DNA of 64,000 nucleotides from an uncultured Alphaproteobacteria bacterium (GTDB lineage Bacteria > Pseudomonadota > Alphaproteobacteria > Rhizobiales > Xanthobacteraceae), in contig CAVZQH010000004.1 in assembly GCA_963777375.1 (NCBI GenBank), forward strand, positions 65,785-129,784, given 5' to 3'. Shown here piece by piece: positions 31,260-40,122 of this stretch (positions are counted from its first letter, which is position 1; every line of letters starts with the position of its first letter). A program made the translations under genes and the position numbers. The notes beneath the pieces are model-generated. The model did no database searches. It saw nothing but the letters and a program-made list of their open reading frames with translations, and had not been told where the DNA came from.

Positions 31260-32819
31260 CTACTTTTTGCTAAGAACTGAGATATCGGCGCCATCCCGAT
31301 ACGCCGGGTGCAGCCAGCCGTCCTCGTCGTAATCGGCCATGCATCGGTCGACCAGCCCTTCCATCTCCTTGAGGGCGCCGGTGAATTGCGCCTGCTGCAG
31401 CGGAAAGATGCGGACCAGCTCGTGGCTGCCCGAATAGTTCATCTCGTAGAGTTCGTGGCGGGCGCCGAACTCGGTGCCGATCGCGTCCCACAGGAGCTTC
31501 ATGATCTTGATGCGGCTCTTGTAGTCGATGTCGTTCGAGCCGCGCACGTATTTCGCCAGATATTTGTCGATGTCCGGGTTCTTGAAGTCGCGGGCGTTGG
31601 ACGGCAGATAGATAAGGCCGGAGGCGACCACTTTTTCGACGATGTTACGCACCGCGGGATAGGCTTCGGTCATGAACAGCCGGTAAGTGCTCGACGCCCG
31701 CCCATTGGGTAGCACCGCGCCGTTGACCCAAGGTTCGGGGTTGTAGGCCATGGCGTCGGTCAGCGACCAGAACAGATTTCGCCAGCCGACGACCTCGCCG
31801 ATCTGCGCCTGCACGCCGCGAAACCCCTCGACACCGGTCGCGCGCGCGGCCTTGTAGAGCAGGCCGATGATGAAATCGAGCTTGACCGCCAACCGGGTGC
31901 AGCCCTGCAGGGTGAAGCCGTTGAAGAAGCCGGACTTCGGATAGAAATTCTTCAGCCGCTCGACGTCGCGATGAATGAAGACGTTCTCCCAGGGTATGAA
32001 GGCATTGTCGAAAACGAAGATCGAATCGTTCTCGTCGAAGCGCGAGGTGAGCGGATAATCCCACGGCGAGCCCGATGCCGCGGCGGCGAACTCATAGGAT
32101 GGCCGGCAGATCAGCTTGATGCCCGGCGTGTTCATCGGTGCGATGAACATCACCACCATGCTCGGATCGTTGATTTCCTGGCCCATGTTCTGGCCGAGGA
32201 AATTGTAATGCGTCAGCACCGAATTGGTGGCGACGACCTTGGCGCCGGAGACGTAGATGCCGGCGTCGGTCTCCTTCTGGATGGTGATGTAGACGTCCTT
32301 GACCTCTTCGACCGGCTTGTTGCGGTCGATCGGCGGATTGACCAGGGCATGATTGAGATAGAGCACCGACTCTTGTGCGCGCTTGTGCCAGGCCCGCGCA
32401 TTGTCGGCGAACTTGCCGTAGAACTCCGCATTGGCGCCGAGCGTGTTCAGGAACGCCGCCTTGTAGTCGGGGCTTCGCCCCATCCAGCCGTAGCTGATGC
32501 GGGCCCAGGCCGCGATAGCGTCGCGCTGCGCGACGACGTCCTCGCGCGACCGCGCCACCTTGAAGAATTTTTGGGTATAGCCGCCGGAGCCGGTATCGGT
32601 CGGTGCGGTCAGGACCTCCTGGGTCTTCGGGTCATGTAAAGCATCGTAAAGCAGCGCGACCGAAGCCGCCGAATTGCGGAACGCCGGGTGGGTCGTGACA
32701 TCCTTGACCCGCTCGCCATAGATGTAGACCTCGCGCCCGTCGCGCAGCGATTCCAGGAACTCGGCGCCGGTGAACGGCCGCTTTTTGCCTGCAATGAGGG
32801 CTTCGGGATGCTGTGGCAT
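31260..32819 (-). CDS. 4-hydroxyphenylacetate 3-monooxygenase oxygenase component-like (HpaB family, FADH2-dependent)
   Basis: ATG 32819 verified (MPQHPEALIAGKKRPFTGAEFLESLRDGREVYIYGERVKDVTTHPAF). 519 aa. The first 165 codons of ORF 31260..33314 are overprint on the DUF1275 gene. Confidence 0.8.
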   Translation of the reverse strand: MPQHPEALIAGKKRPFTGAEFLESLRDGREVYIYGERVKDVTTHPAFRNSAASVALLYDALHDPKTQEVLTAPTDTGSGGYTQKFFKVARSREDVVAQRDAIAAWARISYGWMGRSPDYKAAFLNTLGANAEFYGKFADNARAWHKRAQESVLYLNHALVNPPIDRNKPVEEVKDVYITIQKETDAGIYVSGAKVVATNSVLTHYNFLGQNMGQEINDPSMVVMFIAPMNTPGIKLICRPSYEFAAAASGSPWDYPLTSRFDENDSIFVFDNAFIPWENVFIHRDVERLKNFYPKSGFFNGFTLQGCTRLAVKLDFIIGLLYKAARATGVEGFRGVQAQIGEVVGWRNLFWSLTDAMAYNPEPWVNGAVLPNGRASSTYRLFMTEAYPAVRNIVEKVVASGLIYLPSNARDFKNPDIDKYLAKYVRGSNDIDYKSRIKIMKLLWDAIGTEFGARHELYEMNYSGSHELVRIFPLQQAQFTGALKEMEGLVDRCMADYDEDGWLHPAYRDGADISVLSKK

Positions 32820-32851
32820 CGGGATACTCCATGCTTGAGCCGGCGCGACAT

Positions 32852-33559
32852 TCACGCTCTTCTTTCGCGATAGAGCGACCAAAGCGCAAGCGCCGCCACG
32901 ATTGCAACAGCAAATGGCGCGCCGCGGACGCTGGTCGTCACCCAGGCGATGGCGCCGGCCGCTGCGCCGACCAGGAAGCCGACCGCGACCGATAGCACGA
33001 CCAAGAGCCGCTTGCGGACGGCGCCGAATTCGGCGGCAGCGTCGCGATTGTCCGGCTCGCGGGCGCGGCGACGCCAGGCCAGAATGATCTCGGTCATCTC
33101 GATGCCGAGCTGCGTCATGTTGCCCGTCATGACGTTGGTCTGCGGAATGCCCTTCATGAGCAGGCGGACCAGCACGCTTTGCGCGCCCATCGCCATGGCG
33201 GCGAACAGGCCGGCGATGATGCCAAACCAGTCGGTGGCGCCCTTGATCGCGGGGCCGACGAGAAGCATCGCCGCAAACGTGCCGAGCAGCGCGGTTTCCA
33301 GGCCGAGCATCCACGACAATGCGTGACCGCTGTCGCGGATTAGGCCGACCAACGCTGCGGTCACCGCCGCCGCCGCCAGGAATGCGATGATGGCGAGCAG
33401 CTTGCCGACGACGCCGGTGTCGTGGGTGACAAGCTCGGCTCCGGCGATGACGAAACTGCCGGTCACCTGGGCGGCGAACAATCCAAACAGCGCAAGGTAA
33501 GTGTAGCTGTCGACATACCCGGCGACGAAGCTGAGCAACATCGGCATCGCGGCAGGCAA
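32852..33559 (-). CDS. YoaK/DUF1275 family membrane protein
   Basis: 235 aa. LSFVAGYVDSYTYLALFGLFAAQVTGS is the typical DUF1275 opening. Multiple TM spans. Confidence 0.7.
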   Translation of the reverse strand: MPAAMPMLLSFVAGYVDSYTYLALFGLFAAQVTGSFVIAGAELVTHDTGVVGKLLAIIAFLAAAAVTAALVGLIRDSGHALSWMLGLETALLGTFAAMLLVGPAIKGATDWFGIIAGLFAAMAMGAQSVLVRLLMKGIPQTNVMTGNMTQLGIEMTEIILAWRRRAREPDNRDAAAEFGAVRKRLLVVLSVAVGFLVGAAAGAIAWVTTSVRGAPFAVAIVAALALWSLYRERRA

Positions 33560-34031
33560 TGGTTTCTAGCGGGCCGACGTGACGGCTGTCATGGGTTTGC
33601 TCCGCGCTGGCAAATGTGCCTCTGCATTTGTAGGGCTTGATAAAGCCACCCTGCGCTGACGGGTCAATGAAACGATTACCCGGCTTGCGCCTGCGAACGC
33701 CCTTTCTCAGGGGCCCGAAAGGGGCCCAAGGGGGAGGGATCTTTCAATCCTGCGGTTCGAACTTGACGATCGAGGCGCCGGGTCTCGCTGCCGGTCCAGA
33801 GCACCGGCCGCGCGGCGCGGTCATCGACGGCGACGCGGCCTAATTTGCGGAGAGTTCGGCGCGGCAAGGTCAAACGGCTGGCCGGTTAGTTAGTTAGCTG
33901 TACGCGCTCTCCCGAATTGAAACGAGACGATTTCGCTGAAAAGAAATTCTCGTCGAGCTTGAAAAGTTCCCCCGGCGTCGACGGTCGCAGCATCTAACAA
34001 GCAAATAACCGAGCGCGTCATTGCGCCGACA

Positions 34032-34358
34032 TCAGCTCGCCGCCGCTGCCGCTTGAATTCGTTTGATAAGCTCCGCGTCTTTTTGATCGTGCTCCGCCAC
34101 TCCGGTTCTCAGTTTTGGGAGCACCGATTGCGCATAGGTGCAGGCGTGCAAGAGTACCCCGGCCGTCATCGCGACGGTGCTCGCGGACATGTCGTCTGGC
34201 TCGCGGAAATTAATCAGCGATACCGTTCCGCTTCGGCCCAACTCGATTAGCGTATAGACGATCACCACATCCATTGCGTCCGGCCCTAGCAGTCCGATCT
34301 TGTCGGCATTGGCCGGATAGACAATCGGAGCCGGAACGCGCGCCAAACTTTCCATCAT
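34032..34358 (-). CDS. Hypothetical protein (108 aa)
   Basis: ORF in the low-GC islet. No recognisable motif. Confidence 0.4.
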   Translation of the reverse strand: MMESLARVPAPIVYPANADKIGLLGPDAMDVVIVYTLIELGRSGTVSLINFREPDDMSASTVAMTAGVLLHACTYAQSVLPKLRTGVAEHDQKDAELIKRIQAAAAAS

Positions 34359-34690
34359 GCGAGCCGTGATGGGTTCGCGCTCACGCGCAAGTTTTTTTGA
34401 GCGACACAGCCGCCCCGAGTGCGTTCGGAACGAGTTGGCGTAGCTTCTACGCGAGCGACTTTTGCAGCGCGTCCATTTCGCGTTGCAGTTTTCTCCGCTC
34501 GATCCGCAACGTCAGGATCACGGCGATGATGGAGCGGCGAAGCCGACCAAGCCCGTAATTAGCGTCTGTCAATGGTTGATGAAGTCAACAATCGTAGTGT
34601 AGTGCCAAGGTTCGCTCAACGTTGAGTTTCCAAGCCGGAGCCACTCTTGCGATCTGTGCTATGCTGCGATCTTGAGGGAGTGTGGCGGGG

Positions 34691-35305
34691 ATGCACTGGT
34701 CACGCGAGCAAAAGATCGGGTGCGCCGTCGTTTGCGGCTTGGGCGCAATGCTCGGCCTGTTCATCGGTTTTATTCTCTTTTCCATCGCCGTTAGGAGCGG
34801 GACCGGCGCGGCATTTGCATTCTGGATCGTGCGACCCGGCTTATATTGGCCGTGGCCGATGTTCGGCGCTGCAATCGCGTGGCTCGGCTTCTACGCTGTT
34901 TTGATATTACGCCGGTCGCGACGACGAGGCTCCGTCCCCACCATCACCGCTACTCCCAAGATGGACACAACGGCGCGCGTCGATGTCTATCACTCGTTGA
35001 TCGCTCGCGCGGTGTCGCAATTGCCAATCAATGATCCTGCCAACAGGCAAAGCGTGTATGATCGGGCGCGTGGCATACTTGGTGATCACTCGTCAAAAGC
35101 GGATGTGGGGCAGGAACAGCGTGCACTGGAAGCGGCGATCCAAAAATTCGAGAAGCGCGCCCCGCGCAAAGTCACTTTCAGAAATCCGTTTCACCGTCCG
35201 ACGACCATATCGCTTTTGCTTTCGATCTATTTTCTTCGCGGTTTTTGGGCAATCGACTGCACGTGCATGTCGCTCTATTGGGTAGCGCGTTTCAAAAAGC
35301 CATGA
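34691..35305 (+). CDS. Hypothetical membrane protein (2-3 N-terminal TM spans, helical soluble region, C-terminal hydrophobic tail)
   Basis: ATG 34691 (GTG 34682 possible). GCAVVCGLGAMLGLFIGFILFSIAV and PWPMFGAAIAWLGFYAVLIL, then VYHSLIARAVSQLP...SVYDRARGIL...ALEAAIQKFE. Low GC. 33 nt upstream of the next gene. Confidence 0.5.
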   Translation: MHWSREQKIGCAVVCGLGAMLGLFIGFILFSIAVRSGTGAAFAFWIVRPGLYWPWPMFGAAIAWLGFYAVLILRRSRRRGSVPTITATPKMDTTARVDVYHSLIARAVSQLPINDPANRQSVYDRARGILGDHSSKADVGQEQRALEAAIQKFEKRAPRKVTFRNPFHRPTTISLLLSIYFLRGFWAIDCTCMSLYWVARFKKP

Positions 35306-35338
35306 AGCTCGCAGGCAAGTTGGCCGCTGGATAGGCAA

Positions 35339-36175
35339 ATGGAAAAGATCGGACGAAACGCGCCATGCCCGTGCGGAAGCGGCAAAAAAATCAAGTTTTG
35401 CCATGGCATCAGCAGGCCGCTTCCACCGAAGAAAAATATAGCGGCAGTCTTGTTAGATCGCGAAAGCAAACGTGCGGTGGTTGTCACTAAGGACATACTT
35501 ATCAATCAGATACATCGTGATGGTCCGGCCATTGCGAAATCATTTGATCGCCTAACCGAGAACGACATCCAAGGAATCAGCGCGATCCTCGCAGAGGTGA
35601 TGGGCATCATCTTCGCGCATGTCGTGGTTGATAGTGAGGATTACAAACCCACGTGCGCGAGGCTGCTAGCCAGCGCAACGACAGCATTCATGGCGAGCGT
35701 CGAAGTTGCCCGCCATGGATTTCGACACTCCTTCGGCGCGATGGCGCGCAATATCATGGAGACGTTAGCAACCGTACTGCATATCGTCGTTGATCCAAAT
35801 GCTCTAAACAAATTCAATGCGGACGCACTAAAATCAACAAAGAGCGTCACCATAGCCGACAAGGTATTGCCGCTGTTCGGACGACAATACGGAATGCTGA
35901 GTGATCTATTTGTGCACATCAACAAGTCGCACGCGGGCCTTGATCCGATTGTCAGTTACGAGAAAGACGATGCCGCTCTCGGGTTTATTGTTTCGAGCCT
36001 TAGAGCAACCGCTTGGCTTATATACGCAGTGGCGGAACTGGCCTTTTATGACGACATTCCCGCTCCGCGCTACTGGCGAAATGTTGGATCCGGCGCGTTC
36101 GTCTATGATCCGTCGGAAACCGAGCGAAGCCGTCTGAGGGATTTTTTCAAGGGCCAACATCCCGAGCAGCGTTAA
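35339..36175 (+). CDS. SEC-C metal-binding-motif protein with uncharacterised helical C-terminal domain
   Basis: 278 aa. N-terminal NAPCPCGSGKKIKFCHG is the SEC-C Zn motif. The remainder (FMASVEVARHGFRHSFGAMARNIMETLATVLHIV) is helical and reminds me of DUF5677-type domains, but that is unverified. Confidence 0.6.
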   Translation: MEKIGRNAPCPCGSGKKIKFCHGISRPLPPKKNIAAVLLDRESKRAVVVTKDILINQIHRDGPAIAKSFDRLTENDIQGISAILAEVMGIIFAHVVVDSEDYKPTCARLLASATTAFMASVEVARHGFRHSFGAMARNIMETLATVLHIVVDPNALNKFNADALKSTKSVTIADKVLPLFGRQYGMLSDLFVHINKSHAGLDPIVSYEKDDAALGFIVSSLRATAWLIYAVAELAFYDDIPAPRYWRNVGSGAFVYDPSETERSRLRDFFKGQHPEQR

Positions 36176-36273
36176 TCGTCGCAAATCCGCCGGGCACTCA
36201 CCCCCGAGGGCGGAATAACGCACCACGGGCCATTTGTGGGGCATGGCGGGAAATGATCTAGGAGTGCTCGTTT

Positions 36274-36613
36274 TCAGAAACCGATTTTGTCGATCCATTT
36301 TTCAGGAACGGCACGAGATGGCCGACGCCGTAGCCCCCCGACCGTCATTTGCTCATGACCTAACAGTTGCTCGCGAAACATCTTGTGGATAACCGGCGAC
36401 TCGCAACCGATCCTGTGCGCGATGGCGAAGCGAGTGCACGACCTTGCGCGGGTTGGTGATACCACAGTCATCGCGAAATCTACTGAGGCGTTTCGATGCT
36501 GCGTCCGGGAGGTCGGGCGTTGTCATTGGGAAAAGCGGACCCGTGATGGTCTTGGGCAGAAACGGGAGGACGGCGGCCGGTAGCCGGTCTCGGCGGCGGA
36601 TGTCTGACGAGGT
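36274..36613 (-). pseudogene. Tyrosine recombinase/phage integrase, C-terminal catalytic remnant (5'-truncated, frameshifted)
   Basis: Hand translation gives ...LPKTITGPLFPMTTPDLPDAASKRLSRFRDDCGITNPRKVVHSLRHRAQDRLRVAGYPQDV, then after a frame hop REQLLGHEQMTVGG, then in the alternative frame YGVGH. That covers the HxLRH box, the LLGH box and a candidate catalytic Tyr. An in-frame stop lies at 36614..36616. Confidence 0.5.
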
Positions 36614-36747
36614 CTATGTTACTATCGCATCGGCTGGTTTGTGGAAGAGCGCAATGCTTACGGTTCCATACGATGGCGCCGCGGCGAGTTCTTGTCGATA
36701 ATGGATGGATGCGCAGCAGGCTTATGGAATCCCGACCAATTATCTAA

Positions 36748-39084
36748 TTAGCCCTTCGCCTGTTGGCACGCCGCCCACAAGCGAGCCGCCGTGGCGGGCA
36801 TGTCGATAGTCCGGCCGGCATCGCCCGGGATGGCATCGGCGACCGCGTTCATGACCGCCGCAATCGCCGCCGTCGTCCCCGCTTCGCCGACGCCCTTGAC
36901 GCCAAGCGGATTGGTCGTCGCCGGCACGTTGTGCATCGCGTCGCGCAAGAACGGTATGTCCTCCGCGCGCGGCATCGCGTAGTCCATGAACGAGCCGGTG
37001 ACGAGCTGGCCGCTGCCGCTGTCGTAGACGGTGCTTTCCATCAGCGCTTGCCCGAGCCCCGCCGCCACGGCGCCGTGGACCTGGCCTTCGACGATCATCT
37101 GATCGAGCGCCCTGCCGCAGTCGTCGACTGCGGTGTAGGCGGCAACCGTCATATGGCCGGTGTCGGGATCGATCTCGACCTCGGCGATGTGGCAGCCGTT
37201 GGGAAAGGTCTGCGGCGTCTCCGTCGAGGTTTTGGTGTCGAGATCCTCGGCAATCTTGCCGCTTTTTTTCAGCTCGGCGGCGTGCGCCGCGACTTCGAAC
37301 AACGAAACGCGCCGATCGGTGCCGACGACTTCGAAATGCCCCGCTTTGTATGCAATGTCAGTTTCGCCGGCTTCCAACATCGTAGCTGCAACCGGCTTGC
37401 CCTTGGCGAGAATCGTATCGATCGCTTTCACCAGCGAGTGGCTGACCGTCATGCCCGAGCGCGATCCGACTGATGCATAGCCGGGAAGCTCGAGTGAGGA
37501 GTCGCCGTTGCGATGCGGGATCTTCTCTGCGGGAATGCCGAGGCGTTCGGCGATCACGCGCGGGAACACCGTGGCATGGCCCTGGCCGGTGTTCTGCACG
37601 TTGAGGCCGAGCAGCAGCGTCCCGTTGCCGGGAAATGTCAGCATCGCGCTTTCGAGCGGCGCGCCGCCGGAATGTTCCAGCGCGCAGCAAATGCCGAAGC
37701 CGCGGTACTTGCCGCGCTTTTGTGCCTCGCGGCGGCGCTGCTTGAAGCCGGCATGATCCGCAAGCTCCAGCGCCTTGTCGAGCATCGGCTCGAAATCGCC
37801 GCTGTCGTAGGTGGTGCCGACCGGCGTTTTGTAGGGCATGGCCGACGGCTTGATGAGATTGCGCCGGCGCAGCTTGATCGGATCGATGCCCGACACGCGG
37901 GCCGCTTCATCGACGATGCGTTCGAGCACATAGCTCGCTTCCGGCCGTCCGGCGCCGCGATAGGGCGCAGTCGGCAACGTGTTGGTGAAAGCGCAGCGCG
38001 CGCTGATGTCGATATGCTTGATATCGTACATGCCAGGCAGGCAGCGGCTGAAACTGAGTGTGGGTATGGCGGCGCCGATCGCGCCCAGATAGGCGCCGAC
38101 GTTGCTGACATTGCGGATGCGAAGCGCCAGGAATTTTCCCTTCTCGTTGAGTGCGAGCTCGACTTCGGAATGCGTGTCGCGCGCCTGGTTGTCGCTGACG
38201 AACGCCTCGGAGCGGGTCGACATCCAGTGGATCGGCCGGCCAAATTTTTTGGCGCCGACCAGAGTGGCGATGGTGTCCGGATAAGCGCCGGTCTTAAGAC
38301 CGAACGCGCCGCCAACGTCCTCGGTGATGACGCGCAGCCGCTCCTTCGGCAAATTCATGATGGCGAGAATGTTCTCGCGCATGGTGCCGGCGCTCTGCGA
38401 GCAGGTCCGCAGAGTGTAGACGCCGGTCGCCGGATCGTAGCTCGCGGTGGCGCCGCGCGGCTCCATCGAATGGACCATCATGCGCTGGTTCATTACCGCG
38501 ATCCGCGCTACGAACTTCGCGGCCCTGAAGAGTTCATCGACCGTGCGCGCATTGGCCTCGGCATCCGCAGCCGGCCCCGGCCAATCGACGGCGAGATTGC
38601 CGGGCGCCTCCGGCCACAATTGCGGCGCGCCGTCGCGCAACGCTTCGCGCGCGTCGACGACCGGCGTCAGCGCTTCATATTCGACCGTGACGAGTTCGGC
38701 GGCATCCTGTGCGCCAGCGGCGGTTTCGGCGACCACCATCGCGACCGGCTCGCCGACATGCATGACCCGTTCGGCGGCCAGTGCCGGGCGGTGCGGCATA
38801 ACGAGCGCCTTGCCGCCGCGCCCGGGCAGCGGCGGATGGCGGCCGATGCTGCCGACGCCATCCATGTCCTTGCTGGTCAGCACCCCGACGACGTCCGGCG
38901 CGCGCGAAGCTGCCGTAACGTCCACGCTGATGATGCGGGCGAAGGCGTGCGGCGAGCGCACGAAATAGGCATACGCCTGATTCGGCAGCGGTGCATCGGC
39001 AACGTAACGGCCGCGGCCGCGGACCAGAACGTCATCTTCGACGCGGACGTGATGTGTCGCGTGGTGGTCGGTCTTGGCGTCCAT
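36748..39084 (-). CDS. Molybdenum hydroxylase large subunit, form-II CoxL-like, without adjacent M/S subunits
   Basis: ATG 39084 verified (MDAKTDHHATHHVRVEDDVLVRGRGRYVAD). 778 aa. The loop TAPYRGAGRPE resembles the form-II (putative) CoxL signature AYRGAGR. GVKGVGEAG near the C-terminus. Confidence 0.85.
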   Translation of the reverse strand: MDAKTDHHATHHVRVEDDVLVRGRGRYVADAPLPNQAYAYFVRSPHAFARIISVDVTAASRAPDVVGVLTSKDMDGVGSIGRHPPLPGRGGKALVMPHRPALAAERVMHVGEPVAMVVAETAAGAQDAAELVTVEYEALTPVVDAREALRDGAPQLWPEAPGNLAVDWPGPAADAEANARTVDELFRAAKFVARIAVMNQRMMVHSMEPRGATASYDPATGVYTLRTCSQSAGTMRENILAIMNLPKERLRVITEDVGGAFGLKTGAYPDTIATLVGAKKFGRPIHWMSTRSEAFVSDNQARDTHSEVELALNEKGKFLALRIRNVSNVGAYLGAIGAAIPTLSFSRCLPGMYDIKHIDISARCAFTNTLPTAPYRGAGRPEASYVLERIVDEAARVSGIDPIKLRRRNLIKPSAMPYKTPVGTTYDSGDFEPMLDKALELADHAGFKQRRREAQKRGKYRGFGICCALEHSGGAPLESAMLTFPGNGTLLLGLNVQNTGQGHATVFPRVIAERLGIPAEKIPHRNGDSSLELPGYASVGSRSGMTVSHSLVKAIDTILAKGKPVAATMLEAGETDIAYKAGHFEVVGTDRRVSLFEVAAHAAELKKSGKIAEDLDTKTSTETPQTFPNGCHIAEVEIDPDTGHMTVAAYTAVDDCGRALDQMIVEGQVHGAVAAGLGQALMESTVYDSGSGQLVTGSFMDYAMPRAEDIPFLRDAMHNVPATTNPLGVKGVGEAGTTAAIAAVMNAVADAIPGDAGRTIDMPATAARLWAACQQAKG

Positions 39085-39210
39085 GCTCGGTTCCAAAATT
39101 GTTTTGGGATTGCTTTTGTGGGGGGATTTTGCTGCCTCTATATAGCCGAAACTGTCGCTAGCTAAAGGGCCCCCGTCCACAGCATCGCGACGCTTATCGG
39201 GCAGCGGTCG

Positions 39211-39498
39211 CTAAAAGCTGTCAGGCCAACGTCGGGCGCCGTGATACACGCGCATAATCTGTATGGCTTCGCGTTGCAGCCGGTACGGAACGATATAGGG
39301 TGTCTGCGGAATGACGAGTTCGCGAGTACCCGGTACGCGGCCGGGACGTCCCATATGCGGGTTGTCCGGCAGCAGGTGTTCGATATTGTGAATGATGCGT
39401 AGGACGATCCGCCGCGCGTCGGCGGGGTTCTCCTCTGCGATGTAGGCTCTCAGCGAGATTAAGTCTCGGATCGCCTCGGGCGACCAGTTGATGGTCAT
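39211..39498 (-). CDS. Type II toxin, RelE/ParE family
   Basis: 95 aa. WSPEAIRDLISLRAYIAEENPADARRIV...ELVIPQTPYIVPYRLQREAIQIMRVYHGARRWP is the ParE-like pattern. It overlaps the antitoxin stop by 4 nt. Confidence 0.85.
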   Translation of the reverse strand: MTINWSPEAIRDLISLRAYIAEENPADARRIVLRIIHNIEHLLPDNPHMGRPGRVPGTRELVIPQTPYIVPYRLQREAIQIMRVYHGARRWPDSF

Positions 39499-39782
39499 GT
39501 CGCCGATCGTTTAGGAGCCGGCCGCTCGCGCTTGCGGCCCCAGGAACCGACCCAGTCCTTGACCTCTTTGTGCGAGACTCCGTCGCCGCGGTCGAGCGAG
39601 GCGATGGCTCGCTTGACGCCGGCGACCTGCCATTCGTTCACGTCGAGGTAATCATTGAGCGCCTCGGCCGCGAGAAACGATCGGGTGCGGCCGGTGCTCT
39701 TGGCCAGCCTCTCCAGGCGTTTCTTGACCTCAGCTTCGACGCGGACGGTGAAAGTTGTTGAAGGCATGGAATTCAAGATCAT
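39495..39782 (-). CDS. Ribbon-helix-helix (CopG/ParD-like) antitoxin
   Basis: MILNSMPSTTFTVRVEAEVKKRLERLAKSTGRTRSFLAAEALNDYL is an RHH beta-strand followed by two helices. Start at 39782 or 39767. The upstream part of ORF 39495..39992 is not coding. Confidence 0.8.
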   Translation of the reverse strand: MILNSMPSTTFTVRVEAEVKKRLERLAKSTGRTRSFLAAEALNDYLDVNEWQVAGVKRAIASLDRGDGVSHKEVKDWVGSWGRKRERPAPKRSAT

Positions 39783-40122
39783 GTGTTCGGTTGTGTACAT
39801 AGTAGCACACGGCGTATGTAAAGCAATGTGAACACTAGCGTCAAATCCCCTGGTGGTAAAACGGCAACAAGTCATCCTCGGTGACGACGCAAGCAGCTCG
39901 ATCGCGAGTGCGGTTCTATATCTCGCGACCAGGCAAATCTTCCATTCCAAATCCCTGATATGGAGCGCGTCGTACCCTGTGACGCCAGCCACTGAGCGAG
40001 TGCCGGAGGCAGGCTAACTAGCGAGCCACCGCCGGGCTTTGGTCCCCGCGGGCGCATGCCTTCCATACCTTGCATGGCCGTGCCCGTTATGCGCAAAGAG
40101 ACCCGCCATCCCGGGGAGAACA

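Noticed and set aside
32820-33314. N-terminal 165 codons of ORF 31260..33314, and comparable long leaders of ORFs 8162..9445, 18061..20004 and 57756..58877
   Set aside because: These extensions overlap the neighbouring gene in another frame and are Arg-rich. Internal ATG starts with signal peptides or conserved N-termini fit much better.
33754-33761. GGTTCGAA (tRNA T-loop-like) near the islet boundary. Also GGTTCAAGTCC at 23900..23910
   Set aside because: I could not build a 5-bp T-stem, an acceptor stem or a D-arm around either. At most they are degenerate fragments and cannot be supported as tRNA genes or att sites.
33745-33873. Possible 3' remnant of a gene cut by the islet (minus strand ...RPVLWTGSETPGASIVKFEPQD after one frame hop)
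   Set aside because: No family recognised, and it needs a frame hop. It is too short to distinguish from chance.
37513-39165. 550-aa plus-strand ORF. Similar long ORFs at 994..2337, 18013..19389, 19560..21116, 47894..49150 and 52804..53982
   Set aside because: All are mirror-strand or off-frame shadows of genes with strong family signatures. This is expected at about 65% GC, where stop codons are rare.
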